A stretch of 63,970 nt of DNA, filler included, from Lenisia limosa (taxonomy: Eukaryota > Protista > Breviatea), in the NCBI GenBank assembly GCA_001655205.1. It is 6 parts of 6 records of this genome, joined end to end, with 100 filler letters (N's around TTAATTAATTAA, not from the genome) between each part and the next. Parts side by side here need not be neighbours in the genome. Positions count along the whole stretch, not along the records: positions 1 to 15,722 come from LPNZ01007927.1; positions 15,823 to 30,359 come from LPNZ01008494.1; 4 more parts are not named here. The stretch is one strand, 5' to 3'. Every line of letters starts with the position of its first letter. The first letter of the stretch is position 1. Positions 13,465 to 25,599 of this stretch are shown here, one piece after another. The notes below the pieces were generated by a model. The model was not told the origin of the DNA, searched no databases, and saw only the letters and a list, made by a program, of their open reading frames with translations. Made by a program: the position numbers and the translations under genes.

Positions 13465-14525
13465 CCATGTGCCTTGCACTCCTCTTCCCAGAGCTCAGGG
13501 TTGGTCACAGCTTTGCACGGAATAGCAGTCACAGACTAAATGGTGACTGGGGTATCGTTTTGAGAAAAACTAGGGCTTCGTCCAATTAATTAATTTTGAA
13601 AATTTGAAGTGTGATATATAATAACCCCATTTCAGACACTTTATCAAATTTGTTAATTAATTTCCTCAAAAAAATTAATTGCATGGAGCCCTAGAACAGT
13701 ATGTGAACGACTAACTTGTACACCTGCACCCACCATCGGAGCTGTAGGGAGAACTACTTCCTCTTCCTCCTCATCCTCACGAGCCCTCTGATCGTCTCTT
13801 TCTCTTTTCAGCTCGGGCCTCATTAACACCTGGGCAGAAGTCAGATATTTGAACATTACAATTATTTACGGGTTTTATGCATTAATAATAAATCTAATAA
13901 TAACATTTTTGACAAGGAGTAATTACCCCCCCCCCCCNNNNNNNNNNNNNNNNNNNNNNNNNNNNNNNNNNNNNNNNNNNNNNNNNNNNNNNNNNNNNNN
14001 NNNNNNNNNNNNNNNNNNNNNNNNNNNNNNNNTAGGTAACGGACCACGCCGTTGTGGCCGTTGTTAAACGCCAATGACATGGGACTCTTCTAGTGATTGT
14101 CATAGTTGAGTAGGAAGAAATGTGCTATTGAGGATTTGAGTGGGCTCAAAAAAAGTCAAGTTAGCATAATCAAATACCACCAGTCCATTGTAAAGCCCAC
14201 CTTGCCGTTATCAAGGCTCTCGAAAGGCACCTCATAGTTGACTAAGAACTGGACTACTTCGAGCTGTCCGGCTTCAGCTGCATCCATAATGGGATTGTAG
14301 CCCTTAGTCGTAAGATGTACTAATTAAACGCAAGAAGAAGGAACACAAAGAAGACCTTGGGGACAATGATAACCACTTCTACTTGGATCGAGAGATATAA
14401 GACATAATTACATAATTATCACCAACCTTTCTGTTAGTCGGGCTCAGGTTAGCCTTGTGTGTCGCAAGGAAGTCCATGACCTCAAGATGGCCCTCGCGAC
14501 ATGCAGCATGGAAGGGTGTCAGCCC
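13465..14525 (-). CDS. Ankyrin-repeat protein (5' part lost in N gap)
   Basis: Phase-0 exons 14525-14427 GLTPFHAACREGHLEVMDFLATHKANLSPTNRK (33 aa), 14302-14201 GYNPIMDAAEAGQLEVVQFLVNYEVPFESLDNGK, 14089- KSPMSLAFNNGHNGVVRYL; then acidic exon VLMRPELKRERDDQRAREDEEEEE. Confidence 0.88.
13571..13693. mobile_element. MITE family D (TAGGGCT termini shared with A, different AT-rich core); other copies ~28686-28828, 37869-37975, fragments ~16510-16620, 34395-34423, 51150-51195
   Basis: TAGGGCTTCGTCCAATTAATT...AATTAATTGCATGGAGCCCTA; shared core CCATTTCAGACACTTTAATTTC; no TSD seen for this copy. Confidence 0.75.
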
Positions 14526-14939
14526 CTGGTTGTAAAGGTACGCTTTGTGTAAGTTATGTACTATATGTAGCATAAGCAGGGCAATAAATAAAGAAAGTTA
14601 AAAAACAGTGATGTCGTACTAAAACAACTAAAAGTGAAAAATCACAAAAATAGATAAAAAAACAAAANNNNNNNNNNNNNNNNNNNNNNNNNNNNNNNNN
14701 NNNNNNNNNNNNNNNNNNNNNNNNNNNNNNNNNNNNNNNNNNNNNNNNNNNNNNNNNNNNNNNNNNNNNNNNNNNNNNGCCTGGAGATTCACTTCAACTA
14801 AAAGGAGTTGCGGGGTATCAGTTACTCTATATAGTATGGAATCTCTATATTGTCATTGAGAAAAGCATACTACTTTTTTGGGCAGCAGTGTCCCACTCGC
14901 TGTGTTTTCTTTTGCTTTCTAACAAGACTACTCTTGTTA

Positions 14940-15620
14940 CTAGGTTTGGAGTCTTCATCGCAAAAGTGAAAGGATCCAAAGGACCTTACAGGCGCAATAC
15001 CTGGAGCTGTACCTGGTTATGACAATGGCGATTTCTCTCTTTGCAATTCGAACTGGAAATGCAACAGCTCTATGTATCACTCAAGTTCTTTAGCAAAACC
15101 ACTTGAAAATATTGACATGCATTCAGTCTCACGTTTTGGTTTCTAAAGACTATAGTACCTCAAATTCGTGGCACATGGATGCTATACTGGCTGGCAAGTC
15201 ACCATTGGAGCTGCCAGACGTTTGTTGGGCTCCATCTGAGCTACACGAATGACCACAATTTCTTTACAACTTTAGGACGAGAAGGTGTCAATATTACTAC
15301 CTGTGCTTGCCTCTCAAAAGAGGGCAGCAGTCCTGGAGTTTGCTGTATGGTGAGGGTGCCACATTTTTTGGCACCTGGGAACATGTAATATTTTTGTTTT
15401 TTTAACCAGTGTCACTTTTATGTGAATAGATCCAGAAACAAAAACAATTCAAGGCTGCCCTACCAGCACTTCTGCTGAACCCAAATCGTGCTCAGCCCTC
15501 AAGCTCATAGCCGAGTATGGCCTCGCTGACGTTGGGGGATTGGTGCTCAGCTCTCAAGCTCATAGCCGAGTATGTTCTGTGGGCACTGACCTGAAGCAGA
15601 CCATGCGGCGCTAATGCAAC
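14940..15620 (+). CDS. Possible exons of an unknown gene
   Basis: Candidate exons DEKVSILLPVLASQKRAAVLEFAVW and CSALKLIAEYGLADVGG; strand and frame not firmly established. Confidence 0.25.
15488..15574. repeat. 32-bp direct repeat (1 mismatch) separated by 23 bp
   Basis: GTGCTCAGCCCTCAAGCTCATAGCCGAGTATG at 15488-15519 and GTGCTCAGCTCTCAAGCTCATAGCCGAGTATG at 15543-15574. Confidence 0.9.
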
Positions 15621-15722
15621 AGCCTAATTAGGTGCATGTACAATGTTTCTCTAAAACACTGTCACAGATATTAGACTCAACTTTTTCTTAACATAATAAC
15701 ATATCAATATACAGTGCGTGAG

Positions 15723-15822
15723 NNNNNNNNNNNNNNNNNNNNNNNNNNNNNNNNNNNNNNNNNNNNTTAATTAATTAANNNNNNNNNNNNNNNNNNNNNN
15801 NNNNNNNNNNNNNNNNNNNNNN
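15723..15822. other. Artificial scaffold linker (44N-TTAATTAATTAA-44N); identical linkers at 30360-30459, 38496-38595, 46776-46875, 62361-62460
   Basis: Five spacers of exactly 100 nt with the same six-frame-stop 12-mer between 44-N arms; genes and repeats are cut off at these points. Confidence 0.97.
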
Positions 15823-16319
15823 GGTACCTAGAGCCTCACTTCAGTTCCAAAAAGTCGATGTTTTCGAGGATTTATCGATGCAGTCTTTTTGTCGAACCGA
15901 AGTGAAGCAGCGGTACATCTAATAAGGTTAAAATAGTATTGTCTCTGATAGAAGGGCGAAGGGTGGGGGTGATTAAAGCAGGCCGCTAAACCAGATTCAT
16001 TACGTAATCTTAACTGAGCCCCAAATCCATGAATTTTGTTTAAAAGTAGTCAAAAGCGGTACTGGTGAAATATTTGGATTTCAACGAAACAAAGGGGGGG
16101 GGGGACTTATCACAGGGGTTAAAACTTTCGGAACCGAAAAGTTCGATTACCAAAATTTGTGGGATATCTGAAGAGAAGTCGAACTTTTTTGCTGAGAAAG
16201 TTTCCAACTATCAGTGACCAAGAACTGTTTTTTTTTTTGAACAAGAGAAATAATATATATACATTATTCTAGGGAAACAACAAGAACTGCAGTTGGGAAG
16301 GGTCTGTGCTATTTTACAG

Positions 16320-19300
16320 TGAGAGAGAGGCGGTGCATGGTATTTTTGGAAAGCAATGATTGGGTTTACTTCTGACGACTAGGGCTTCACTTCGGTTCAA
16401 AAAAAAGACTGAATTTCTCGATAAATCCTCAAAAATTATCGATATTGTCCCGAGTTTTTTTCGAACCGAAGTGAAGCCATTCTGATGACTCTGAGTATTT
16501 ATTTTTTTGAAGCAATTAGTTGACAAAATTTGAAATTAAAGCGCCCAAAACCGAGTTTATATTACAATATATATTCCACTTCAAATTTTGCAATTAATGT
16601 CTCAATTAAGTGCACAGAGTCATAGTTATTATGATAGTATCATTTATTGACCGCTCTAGAGAAGTTGATGGTGGAAATGCAAGCAAAGCAGGATAAAGTA
16701 AGTCTCTTTTTTTGGTTTTAATTTAGTTATATAGTATATATAGGGCTTCACTTCGGTTCGAAAAATGACTGAATTTCTCGATAAATCCTCGAAAATTATC
16801 GATATTTTACCGGTTTTTTTCGAACAGAAGTGAAGCCCTAGTCAGATACCGGCTTCCGTCTTGATAAATTCCTATAATTAGTATGTCATGTTCTATATTG
16901 TATATGTGATATATTCATTAATCATCTTATTGGTTATTTTATTTACGTGTCCAAAAAATAGAGCTTCACTTTCGATTCCGAAACACCTGTGAAATATCGA
17001 TATTCATTGAAGATTTTACGAGGATTCAGTCTTTTTTGGAACCGAAAGTGAAGCTCTACCAAAAAAAACCTTGTTTCTACCATGTGGCAGTATTGTTTTA
17101 TTATGTTAAACAAGATTTAGTCATGATTTAGGCCTACCTTGGATTCCACCGCGCCTGCTGGGTTGGTGACATGGCATACGTCAATACACTGGTCCAAGCC
17201 GGATATGGCTTCCTTTGCCAAGCGCGAGATCCAGTTTGGGGTGCTGATTTTATTATTATTATTATTATTATTATTTATTATTATTATTATTATTATTTGA
17301 CTTTGTTTTATTAATGATGATATCGACGTCTTCATTTCCACATATTACATGTATGTATAGCAATGAGAAATATCAAAAACAATGTTGCATCTGGCCAAGC
17401 TGTGCACACCATCACGCTTAAAGAGATATTGAATCATAGAATAATATTGATTCACCCAATCATTTGCCTTACAACTCTGTACACACAGCTTTCTTCGTGC
17501 CTCCCAGCATAGGCTCATATATTGACTTTCAAGGAGGGAAACACTCCACTCCACCTGGCTGTTCTTAACCGGCAAAACCACCTTGTCGCTATACTCCTCC
17601 AATGCGAAGGCAGCTTAGAAGCAAGGAATGATGTTGGCGTTTTCCCCGTATTTAGTCTTCATCATATCGCGAGATTTGACACATACGTAAAATATAGTTA
17701 AGACCAGACCAGATTCCCAATCAGGAATTTCGGCCCTTTAGTCGAAATTTCGGGGAAAATTTGAGGTTTTCTTTAAAATTTCATTTATTTACACTCTATA
17801 TTATGAAGCTTCAAAAATAAAAAAGATATTGCCCACATTACCCATTACGACCTGATCATGTTCCGACTCTTGGATTGTTTTCTGAAATTCGATATAAAAT
17901 GCCCAAATTCCGGGTTAAGAATCTGGTCTGTGCCAAATAATTATTTTTCAACTGGTGATGGCTCTAATCTTATCTTAGGCCGGTGTCTCCCTTCCGGTGC
18001 TGACACAGCTCCAAGTGGGTGAAGGTTTCCTTTTTGCTTTATTTGCAAGTCACAATCAAAAACAATTAGTTTCACTTTCTTTCAAAAAAAGACTGAATTT
18101 CTCGATAAATCCTCACAAACTAAAGATTTATTACCATGCTTTTTCGAACCGAAGTGAAGCCCTAAATCCAATATTGCTTATTTTAAACTCCCTGTATACA
18201 CATACATGTAGCTTTAAGCAAAAGTTCGGTGAATCAGTATTATCTTATCGAATATCTCTATAGCTTGATAGAGTGGATAGCTTCAGCAAGAGACAAACTT
18301 TTTCAAAAATGGCAATAGTATACTTGTCTATTTTACGTCATAATTTTGGGCTTGCTTTGGAATGTTCCATCCTCTATCCAGAACAGCATAATTTGTGTAA
18401 CACAATGACCATATCTGACTCTTAAACAGGCCACTAATGCTCCAGAAAAAGAATTCGCCTGCACTTAATCCCTACGTTGAAACTGCGTTCAAACGGTATG
18501 TTGATATAATACTGATGATCGTCTAATAAATATTATGTATAGTATAAATTCTAGAAATAATATTATATGTGGGTCCTCAAAGCTCCGGACAGCATTCAAA
18601 ATTCACCACACATCAAAACTCCCGGAAAGCTTAAAGTTGACCCCTTGTATGGGTCAACGGTAGTGTTTAATACAAAACTGGTTCGACAGATATATAAAGA
18701 AAATGACCTCTTAATGTTCCCCAACTTTTTTTTTCAATTTTGAGCAAGTGTCAATAATCCGTGAATTTGGTCTCCCGGGGGTGGCCCCTTTTGCCTTTTC
18801 ACGGGATTTTTTCTAAATCTATCCCTCTTTTAGTGTTAAGAAACAAAAAATTGTACCCCTCGGAGTAATTGGTTATGGATTCCCCCTTGCTTTGGCTATG
18901 TAATGGTGAATTTTAAGAGAATAATGTTCAAAATAGTGCTTTCTACAAGGTCAAACTTTCCCGAAAAGTTGCCATTTATTCCTTGAATGTGGCCGATTAT
19001 AACGGTTTTGGTTGTTTGTGGCAGTTTATGGGCCTCAACGGGTAGCCAAGTGACTTAAGTTGGGTTTGAGCCAAGAATATGTAAAAATCGCATTCTATCC
19101 TGTGATTATGACTGAAATTACTTTCGAAAATAACCAGAAAATGAAGTTTATAGTACTTTTAGAGGGAAAATTCAAGCTGTTTGGGAGTTTTGATGCATAT
19201 ATATGATATCCATTATTTTGAGGGAATTATGAAGAATACGCTGACTCCTTCGCGATCACTCTGCTAATACTGAAATGAAACATGGGGGTCGTCCATAACC

Positions 19301-20310
19301 AAAAGAACCTAATTGTGTAGATATAACACGCCACCCCCAAACACTCCAGAAGGCGCGGTAGGAGGGGTAAACAATACATAGTATATGAAATTCGATTGAT
19401 TTCATATGATATAGCTTTATATGACTCTGGTATAATTGAATTTATTTTTGAAGGATTTATGGAGAAACTTGGTCTTTTTTCGACCGAAGTAAGCGCAAGC
19501 TTGACGCTAACAAAAATATTTGAGCTTCATTTTTTATTTAAAATTAATTTCTCAGCTTTTTTTCTGCACAGACTCGTAATATTAACACCTCAGCCGTGGC
19601 CCCATCCTGGTGACGAATTTGTGGTTCCCATTGGACTGAATACGCCCAAGGTTTGTAATGAAAACGGAGTTGTCTTTGGTTGGATAAAGCAGGTGTCTTG
19701 GTTTGGGGATGAAGGAGGAAACTCTTCCAAATCCCTTTTCATTGTGACCTTATTGAACTGATTAAATAGACCGTATGCTGTCTGCAATGGCTAATGATTG
19801 GGTGGATTTGTAGTATAATAGACTGTAATCCAATGTCTCATTTTAAGTGTGAAAGTATGGATACTAACTATTTAATACTACAAATCTCTACATCATATGA
19901 TATGATATATGATGTACTATATAACATAGTATGATCATCATTTTCTTGTGCTACAGTAACCAACCCAGATAACCAACAAGGACAGGAAGGAAATGCAGAG
20001 ACGGTTTGTTTGGTCCATTTTTCATCATCATTTATCATATTGCCACAAATGGTGATATTATAAGAATCCTGAGTGATCGTTGGCCTTCAGGATAACCAAA
20101 CTTGGTGATCCTGGTTGAATGTTTTGCTATTGGGAAATGGAATTGGTCTCTTTAGAATCTCTCATTTTTTATTTTTTTTATTTATGTCATGCAACATTAG
20201 TTACAGCAATCCCCTCTGAGTAGACGCACTGTTTTACCGGTAAAAATGAATGTCAGAGCCAACCACACACAGACATTGGCAGAGTACCCCCGAGTTGAAG
20301 CTTGATTATT
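16320..20310 (+). CDS. Ankyrin-repeat-containing multi-exon protein
   Basis: Phase-0 exons 17132-17233 AYLGFHRACWVGDMAYVNTLVQAGYGFLCQARDP and 17534-17632 EGNTPLHLAVLNRQNHLVAILLQCEGSLEARND (canonical ANK); flanking exons (EKLMVEMQAKQDK, PWPHPGDEFVVPIGLNTPK) unassigned; ends approximate. Confidence 0.75.
16380..16840. mobile_element. Two family A MITE copies (16380-16481, 16741-16840)
   Basis: Consensus TIRs; the first has TSD CTGACGAC/CTGATGAC. Confidence 0.9.
16959..17058. mobile_element. hAT-type MITE family A, copy with perfect 8-bp TSD (CCAAAAAA)
   Basis: TIR TAGAGCTTCACTTTCG...CGAAAGTGAAGCTCTA flanked by CCAAAAAA on both sides. Confidence 0.9.
17248..17298. repeat. Intronic (ATT)n microsatellite
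   Basis: Run of TTA/ATT triplets inside the intron between two ankyrin exons. Confidence 0.9.
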
Positions 20311-20599
20311 TTTTGTGTTCCGAAACAAGAAATACATTAATAATCAAGGGGGAATTAAATACATAGTGATACCATAAAACACACCATGCCACTACGCTAT
20401 GACTCTCCACTATTGCCGAAAAATTGAGTTTTTCTTATGGAAAACTGTGGAACTTACCTCATTTGCAGCGATCAGGTGGGCTGGCATTTCCGAATGTGCC
20501 ATAATGGCGGTCATAGCAGCTCTAACACCATAGTACTCCAAGTTATTGACCCGTGTCCTATATTTTCCAAGATGGCAATGGTTGCTCACCCACAAATAA

Positions 20600-22030
20600 T
20601 TCGGTATGTTGCTCATCCACAAAAGATGGTTGCTCAACCACAAAGACGTGAAGCTGTTGCCGAGTTGTGAAGGGATGGAGCTGTGGCAATTAATAAATTA
20701 TTGCTGCAGATAAGTCCAACTACCTCGGTGTAACTGCCGTTAAGCCGATGAACAGAAAGCAAAATGTAGGTGGCACGGAAAATTTTTTGAGAGAGACGGT
20801 CAACAAGAGCTTCAAGAAACAAGTGAAATGGTCGGCCTTTGATCAACGGTTTATTACACAGTACCTGATGTGGTGAGCATGTTTGTCAAAGAGCTTGTCA
20901 ATTTCCTCTTGAAAACAGCAATAGATGATCAGGATATAAAAAGTCTCTGGTCACATCAGCGTTGTCGTCACACTTTTGAACGCACTGCAAATGGGTTTGA
21001 AAGAGACCTGTTGTCTATTACAAGGAATAGCCTTGAATTTGATGATCTTTTCGAAAAAGTCAGCTTTCACACGTCTTTGTATTTCCTTTACAACCTTTTG
21101 GAATTCTTCACCTACCAACCAAAGGATACCCCTAATTCCACTTGGAAAAAAAATTGAATTTGAAATATTATGTTACGTTTTCTCCATCAAACCTCGTAAA
21201 TTGTTCACATCATGGGCCTTGTCAATTGCTCCTTGGACTTTTTTTATTCTGAACAGTGTACTTTTTCAAGGTGCGGGATTCAAGCTGGTGAACATTGTCA
21301 TCAATCTTGATAAGAGAACGAAAACCACCAGCGCGAAGGGAATAAGTTAGCAAATTGATTTGTCAATGACATCACGTCGGTAGGCACATCAGAGAACTTT
21401 CTTCGGTCCTCGTCGGTATCAGGGTGAGTGGCCTCCAACAAAGCGTTGAAATGTGTCATCCCTTGAACCAAGTTACCATAATTAAATGAAAACGACCAGA
21501 CACACGTTAAGTGGAAATAACAAGGGGAAATCAACACAAGAAAGAGTGTCAGGTGTATTATATACACAAGCCCTCCAATTCCAAATTTCAAACTCAACCG
21601 AATATCAATTTTTGAAAGCGTCCTCTGAGACATCAGTTTGTACCAGGAGCTGATAAGAGCCTTTCGTTGGAAGTTCAACCTGTCCAGTAAGCTAGTCGAA
21701 TCACAAACCTGCGGACCCTTGTGATGCACTTGTATTCTGGTATCGCCAGTCTCTGTGAACTGGGCCACGGCCACTTTCATGCTGTTAAATGACAGGATGT
21801 GACAATGGCGATGGAAGATGGTCGTGGTACAATGTTTGAGACTTCCAGTTCAACCACCTCTGCAAAAAACTGCAGGAATTGGCGCAAACCTTGGTATCCT
21901 GGTACGACGATCATACCTTTGCCTTTTTGTCTTACTTTGCAGTTCCATCTTCATATACGTCATCACTTCCTTCATCGCTTTCGTCATCGCGTTCGTCTTC
22001 AATGATTAGACGTGATACAAACACTGTAAA
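20600..22030 (-). CDS. Unknown multi-exon gene
   Basis: Exons VFVSRLIIEDERDDESDEGSDDVYEDGTAK, IPRFAPIPAVFAEVVELE, GMTHFNALLEATHPDTDEDRRKFSDVPTD, IDDNVHQLESRTLKK, GIRGILWLVGEEFQKVVKEIQRRVKADFFEKIIKF; a ~70-nt intron with a GCTAAC branch site near 21310-21380. Confidence 0.5.
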
Positions 22031-22672
22031 AAAAAAAAAANNNNNNNNNNNNNNNNNNNNNNNNNNNNNNNNNNNNNNNNNNNGATAGCTTCTAAAATTG
22101 AATGAAAAAAAAAACAATAACTCTGAACTCCAGAAATCCATTCACACCACATAGAAAGATATTTGTTCCGCTTACACTAACCATGGTGCATTTGTGAGGG
22201 CGACGGTGGCATTGTCCAGTGGGGTACTTGGGACTCGTGAAAATAGCTAAATTGTATGTCACCAATTTATTGGCTTGCAGTGCTGTTTTATTGCTTCTTT
22301 TTTTTGTTTTGGATTTTTAAAGGAATCGTTTCATGATTGTTAGTACCCTTACGCCATTCTTCACTAATTTTTTTTCGTTTTACCTACCCCCCAGGAAAAA
22401 TGCCTACATGATAATAATGAAGACTCTTCTCAAAGCAAGGCAAAGGCAACAGCTCGGCGAATGAGGAGGGGGGTGTGGTTTGTGTATTTAATGTCTTTCT
22501 TGCGTTTCTTTGTGGTATTTATATGTTTCTCTGGGTATCTGCATATCATATGGTATTGGAAGCAATACAATATTGTGTTTTGTTTGGCGTTCACTACAAT
22601 TCTGCTCTAAATCTGGAAATGTGACAGAAAGGACTTCACTTTTTTGGTCCAAACGACTTATCACTACTGGGT

Positions 22673-22798
22673 ATCGACTTGGGATTCCCCTTATATTATG
22701 TGGGAATCGTATAAATTTCTTCAATTTCCATAAAATTCTCTGGAATTCCCATGTAAAATATGGTAATCCCAACGTTTTCACACGAATCCCAAGTCGAT
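22673..22798. mobile_element. Small foldback element with perfect 15-bp terminal inverted repeat
   Basis: ATCGACTTGGGATTC (22673-22687) and GAATCCCAAGTCGAT (22784-22798). Confidence 0.6.
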
Positions 22799-23439
22799 GC
22801 GCCTTAGAGTAGTAACTTTATANNNNNNNNNNNNNNNNNNNNNNNNNNNNNNNNNNNNNNNNNNNNNNNNNNNNNNNNNNNNNNNNNNNNNNNNNNNNNN
22901 NNNNNNNNNNNNNNNNNNNNNNNNNNNNNNNNNNNNNNNNNNNNNNNNNATAAATATGATATTTGCCTCACTACCAAAATATGCACATAATAGAGCAAGA
23001 TCGTTTGATTTAGAAATACAATTCAAAATGGTATGATAATACCCTGTCGTGACGTAGATTTGACAACAAATTTCATGTAGCTATATGAGACTAATCCGCA
23101 ACATGCCCAGAATCTAGATATCAAATGGGCTTTACCAATTCTACAAAGACGGAAAATACTGATAGAGAAATTGTGATATCCTAAGATTTATCAAGAATTA
23201 AAAAAATACAAGGAAACATACAAAATACACCATAAAGGACAAAGCACAAAAATCTAGAGCACAACTAAACCTAAAAGAATAAGAGAGAATAGCATTGAAA
23301 CGTAAACTCAAAATGGTATTGCAAATACGACAAAAGAAATTAACCCTTCTCGGGGTCCAGGGGATAATATATATATATATATATATATGTACTACGTGTA
23401 TATTTTTGCTCTTGTTCAAAAATGATAGTCAAATATAAC

Positions 23440-25260
23440 AGTTTCGTGATGAAGGTGCTTCTCGTTTTGACAATGTTCAAATGAGGGAGGTCAACGACAT
23501 CCCTACATTGACCGCAATAGGTCCTGATACGATTTCACAGATGAAACACAATATCGGTGTCAACACTTATCGCGTGATTTTTGTTGATGCAGTGTTGTTT
23601 TATGAACGCCTTCCCTGGATGAAGAAAACCACGTTATTTTGCCCATCCTCTCACTCCCACACCCCCTCATACCAACATAATAAATAGCACTAAACAATCG
23701 TGGGTTGTTACTTTCTGACCAATTCAACTTCCCCGCGGTTCTGAATGCTCTCCAAATCCTTTATTCGGGCACTGGAACGATAAGGGTTCATGGATCCAGA
23801 AATGGTGAAATAATAGTGGGAAGAGAAACATGTTGAAACTGGAGGAAGAAATGGAGGATTGAGGTATTCTTCCAAATTTGAAAAGTATTAGAGCTATAAA
23901 GAGAAGAGAAGATCACACTTCTTGCAAACCTGATTGAAGGATGTGTTTGACCAGCTACTTCAACTGCTTTTCGCCTTCGTTCCTCTAAAGGCAATTAACA
24001 TCATTTTGAGCAATTTAGCAGGGAAGAAAGCCATAAAGACCCCACCCTCTTCCTTCAACCAGCGTTCATCCTCCTCCTCTTGGGCAACCTTAGCTTCTAA
24101 GAGCTTTTTGTCATGCTACATATAGTTGTTAGACGTTTTCAATGCTTTGAGAGGCAAACCCTGTAAATTAGAACAGAACTAACGGTACAAAAGACCGCAT
24201 AAAATATATATTGGGATTTTGTCGGTCGGAATATAAAGTTCAATGCATTAAACGACTGATTCATTTCAGAAAATTCAAAAAAGACTAAAATTTGTAACTT
24301 TTGCACAATTATTACAATTCTCAGATCANNNNNNNNNNNNNNNNNNNNNNNNNNNNNNNNNNNNNNNNNNNNNNNNNNNNNNNNNNNNNNNNNNNNNNNN
24401 NNNNNNNNNNNNNNNNNNNNNNNNNNNNNNNNNNNNNNNNNNNNNNNNNNNNNNNNNNNNNNNNNNNNNNNNNNNNNNNNNNNNNNNNNNNNNNNNNNNN
24501 NNNNNNNNNNNNNNNNNNNGTCAGCATCAGCATACATTGAGAAGAAAAAACATTGAAGAAGAAAGACACCCCAATATAAATTAAAATAAGACACAAGGTT
24601 TGGGGGAGAAAATGTAAAACAAATGAACCTCTTTGGCAGTGACAGCGGAAGCGCCCTCCAGAAGATTCTTCGGTTTACCATTGTTGAGATTAGTTGTCCT
24701 CAACTTCTTGACAAGCATGTCCACCATTTTTTGCTGGTCTTCGATTGGTTGGGAACTGTACTGCTTCTGGACCAAGACACGGATCGTGTTGACGGTAAGG
24801 TTTGAAGTGTCAACTGAAGAAAAGACAACGGCGGAAAGAAGGACATTCAATGCACAGAAGTAAGTGATTTAGAATGAATACATAAACAGTTCATAATCAA
24901 TCCTGAAAGTACCACCAAGAGGTCCTACATCAATAAAATAAGAATTCATTTCAGATGAATTGACTGGGTAATTCCACCAATGAAGTCTCTTACATTCAAT
25001 GAGAATGAGAAAAAAAGAGTGATCCGTTACTCCAATTCCACTATTACCCACCTCCAGCAAAATCTTTGACAATGCCGGTAAGAGAATCCTTAAGAGCTGT
25101 AACATCACTTGAAACTTCACATTTGATGAGCTTTTGTCTATTTAGAATTAAGCATCTAAGCAGCATTTTCCACTTGAGCGTAAAACAGGCGTGACTCAGC
25201 AAGCTTCATCAGTGAGTTGAGAGCGTAATCAGCCTTCTTCTCAAGCTCATCATCCTTAAT
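23440..25260 (-). CDS. Protein with DEK_C-like helical domain
   Basis: Exons 25114-25052 and 24813-24629 join in frame: SDVTALKDSLTGIVKDFAGVDTSNLTVNTIRVLVQKQYSSQPIEDQQKMVDMLVKKL, resembling DEK_C (I..I....DL..LT...IR..L...Y.......K..I..L); downstream exons charged. Confidence 0.5.
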
Positions 25261-25599
25261 TGTGTCCTTCATTGCACTGTACAGACTGATTGTCCCATTT
25301 TAAAACACTTTGACACTTTCATGGGTTTCACACTTTCTGCTTCTTCAATTCAGTGTTCTGGGTGGCTGGGTGGCTTTAAACTAAATTTAGAGACTTGCCT
25401 CTTTTGGTAAGTTCTGGTTGGTCAACTTGAACCCTTGGGTTGTTGGGGGAGGGATTCCTCATCAATTCTGTGGGATCCCTGGCGATCCAGAAAAAATCCT
25501 TCTTTATCTCTTGCGAAAAAAAAATGTATAAACCAAAAATCAGTGCCAAATCACCTTAGCACAGGAACCTGGAAAAGTATACAATGGGGAATAAGGCAA

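Noticed and set aside
15488-15574. CRISPR-like repeat-spacer-repeat
   Set aside because: Only two units, non-palindromic, eukaryotic intron-rich context, no cas genes
15767-15778. TTAATTAATTAA palindrome as a biological motif
   Set aside because: Fixed position in 100-nt N spacers; synthetic linker
16741-16840. Family A as a Tc1/mariner (Stowaway-like) MITE with TA TSD, or as an introner
   Set aside because: 8-bp duplications outside the TA in many copies favour hAT; the copies I could place sit inside larger introns rather than forming whole introns
17345-17602. 85-aa minus-strand ORF
   Set aside because: Composed of a family B copy plus the antisense of an ankyrin exon
21310-21380. Tyrosine-recombinase-like motif LTYSLRAGG on the minus strand
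   Set aside because: Lies inside a ~70-nt GT...GCTAAC...CAAG intron; a stop precedes it in that frame, and R-to-H spacing does not fit a YR
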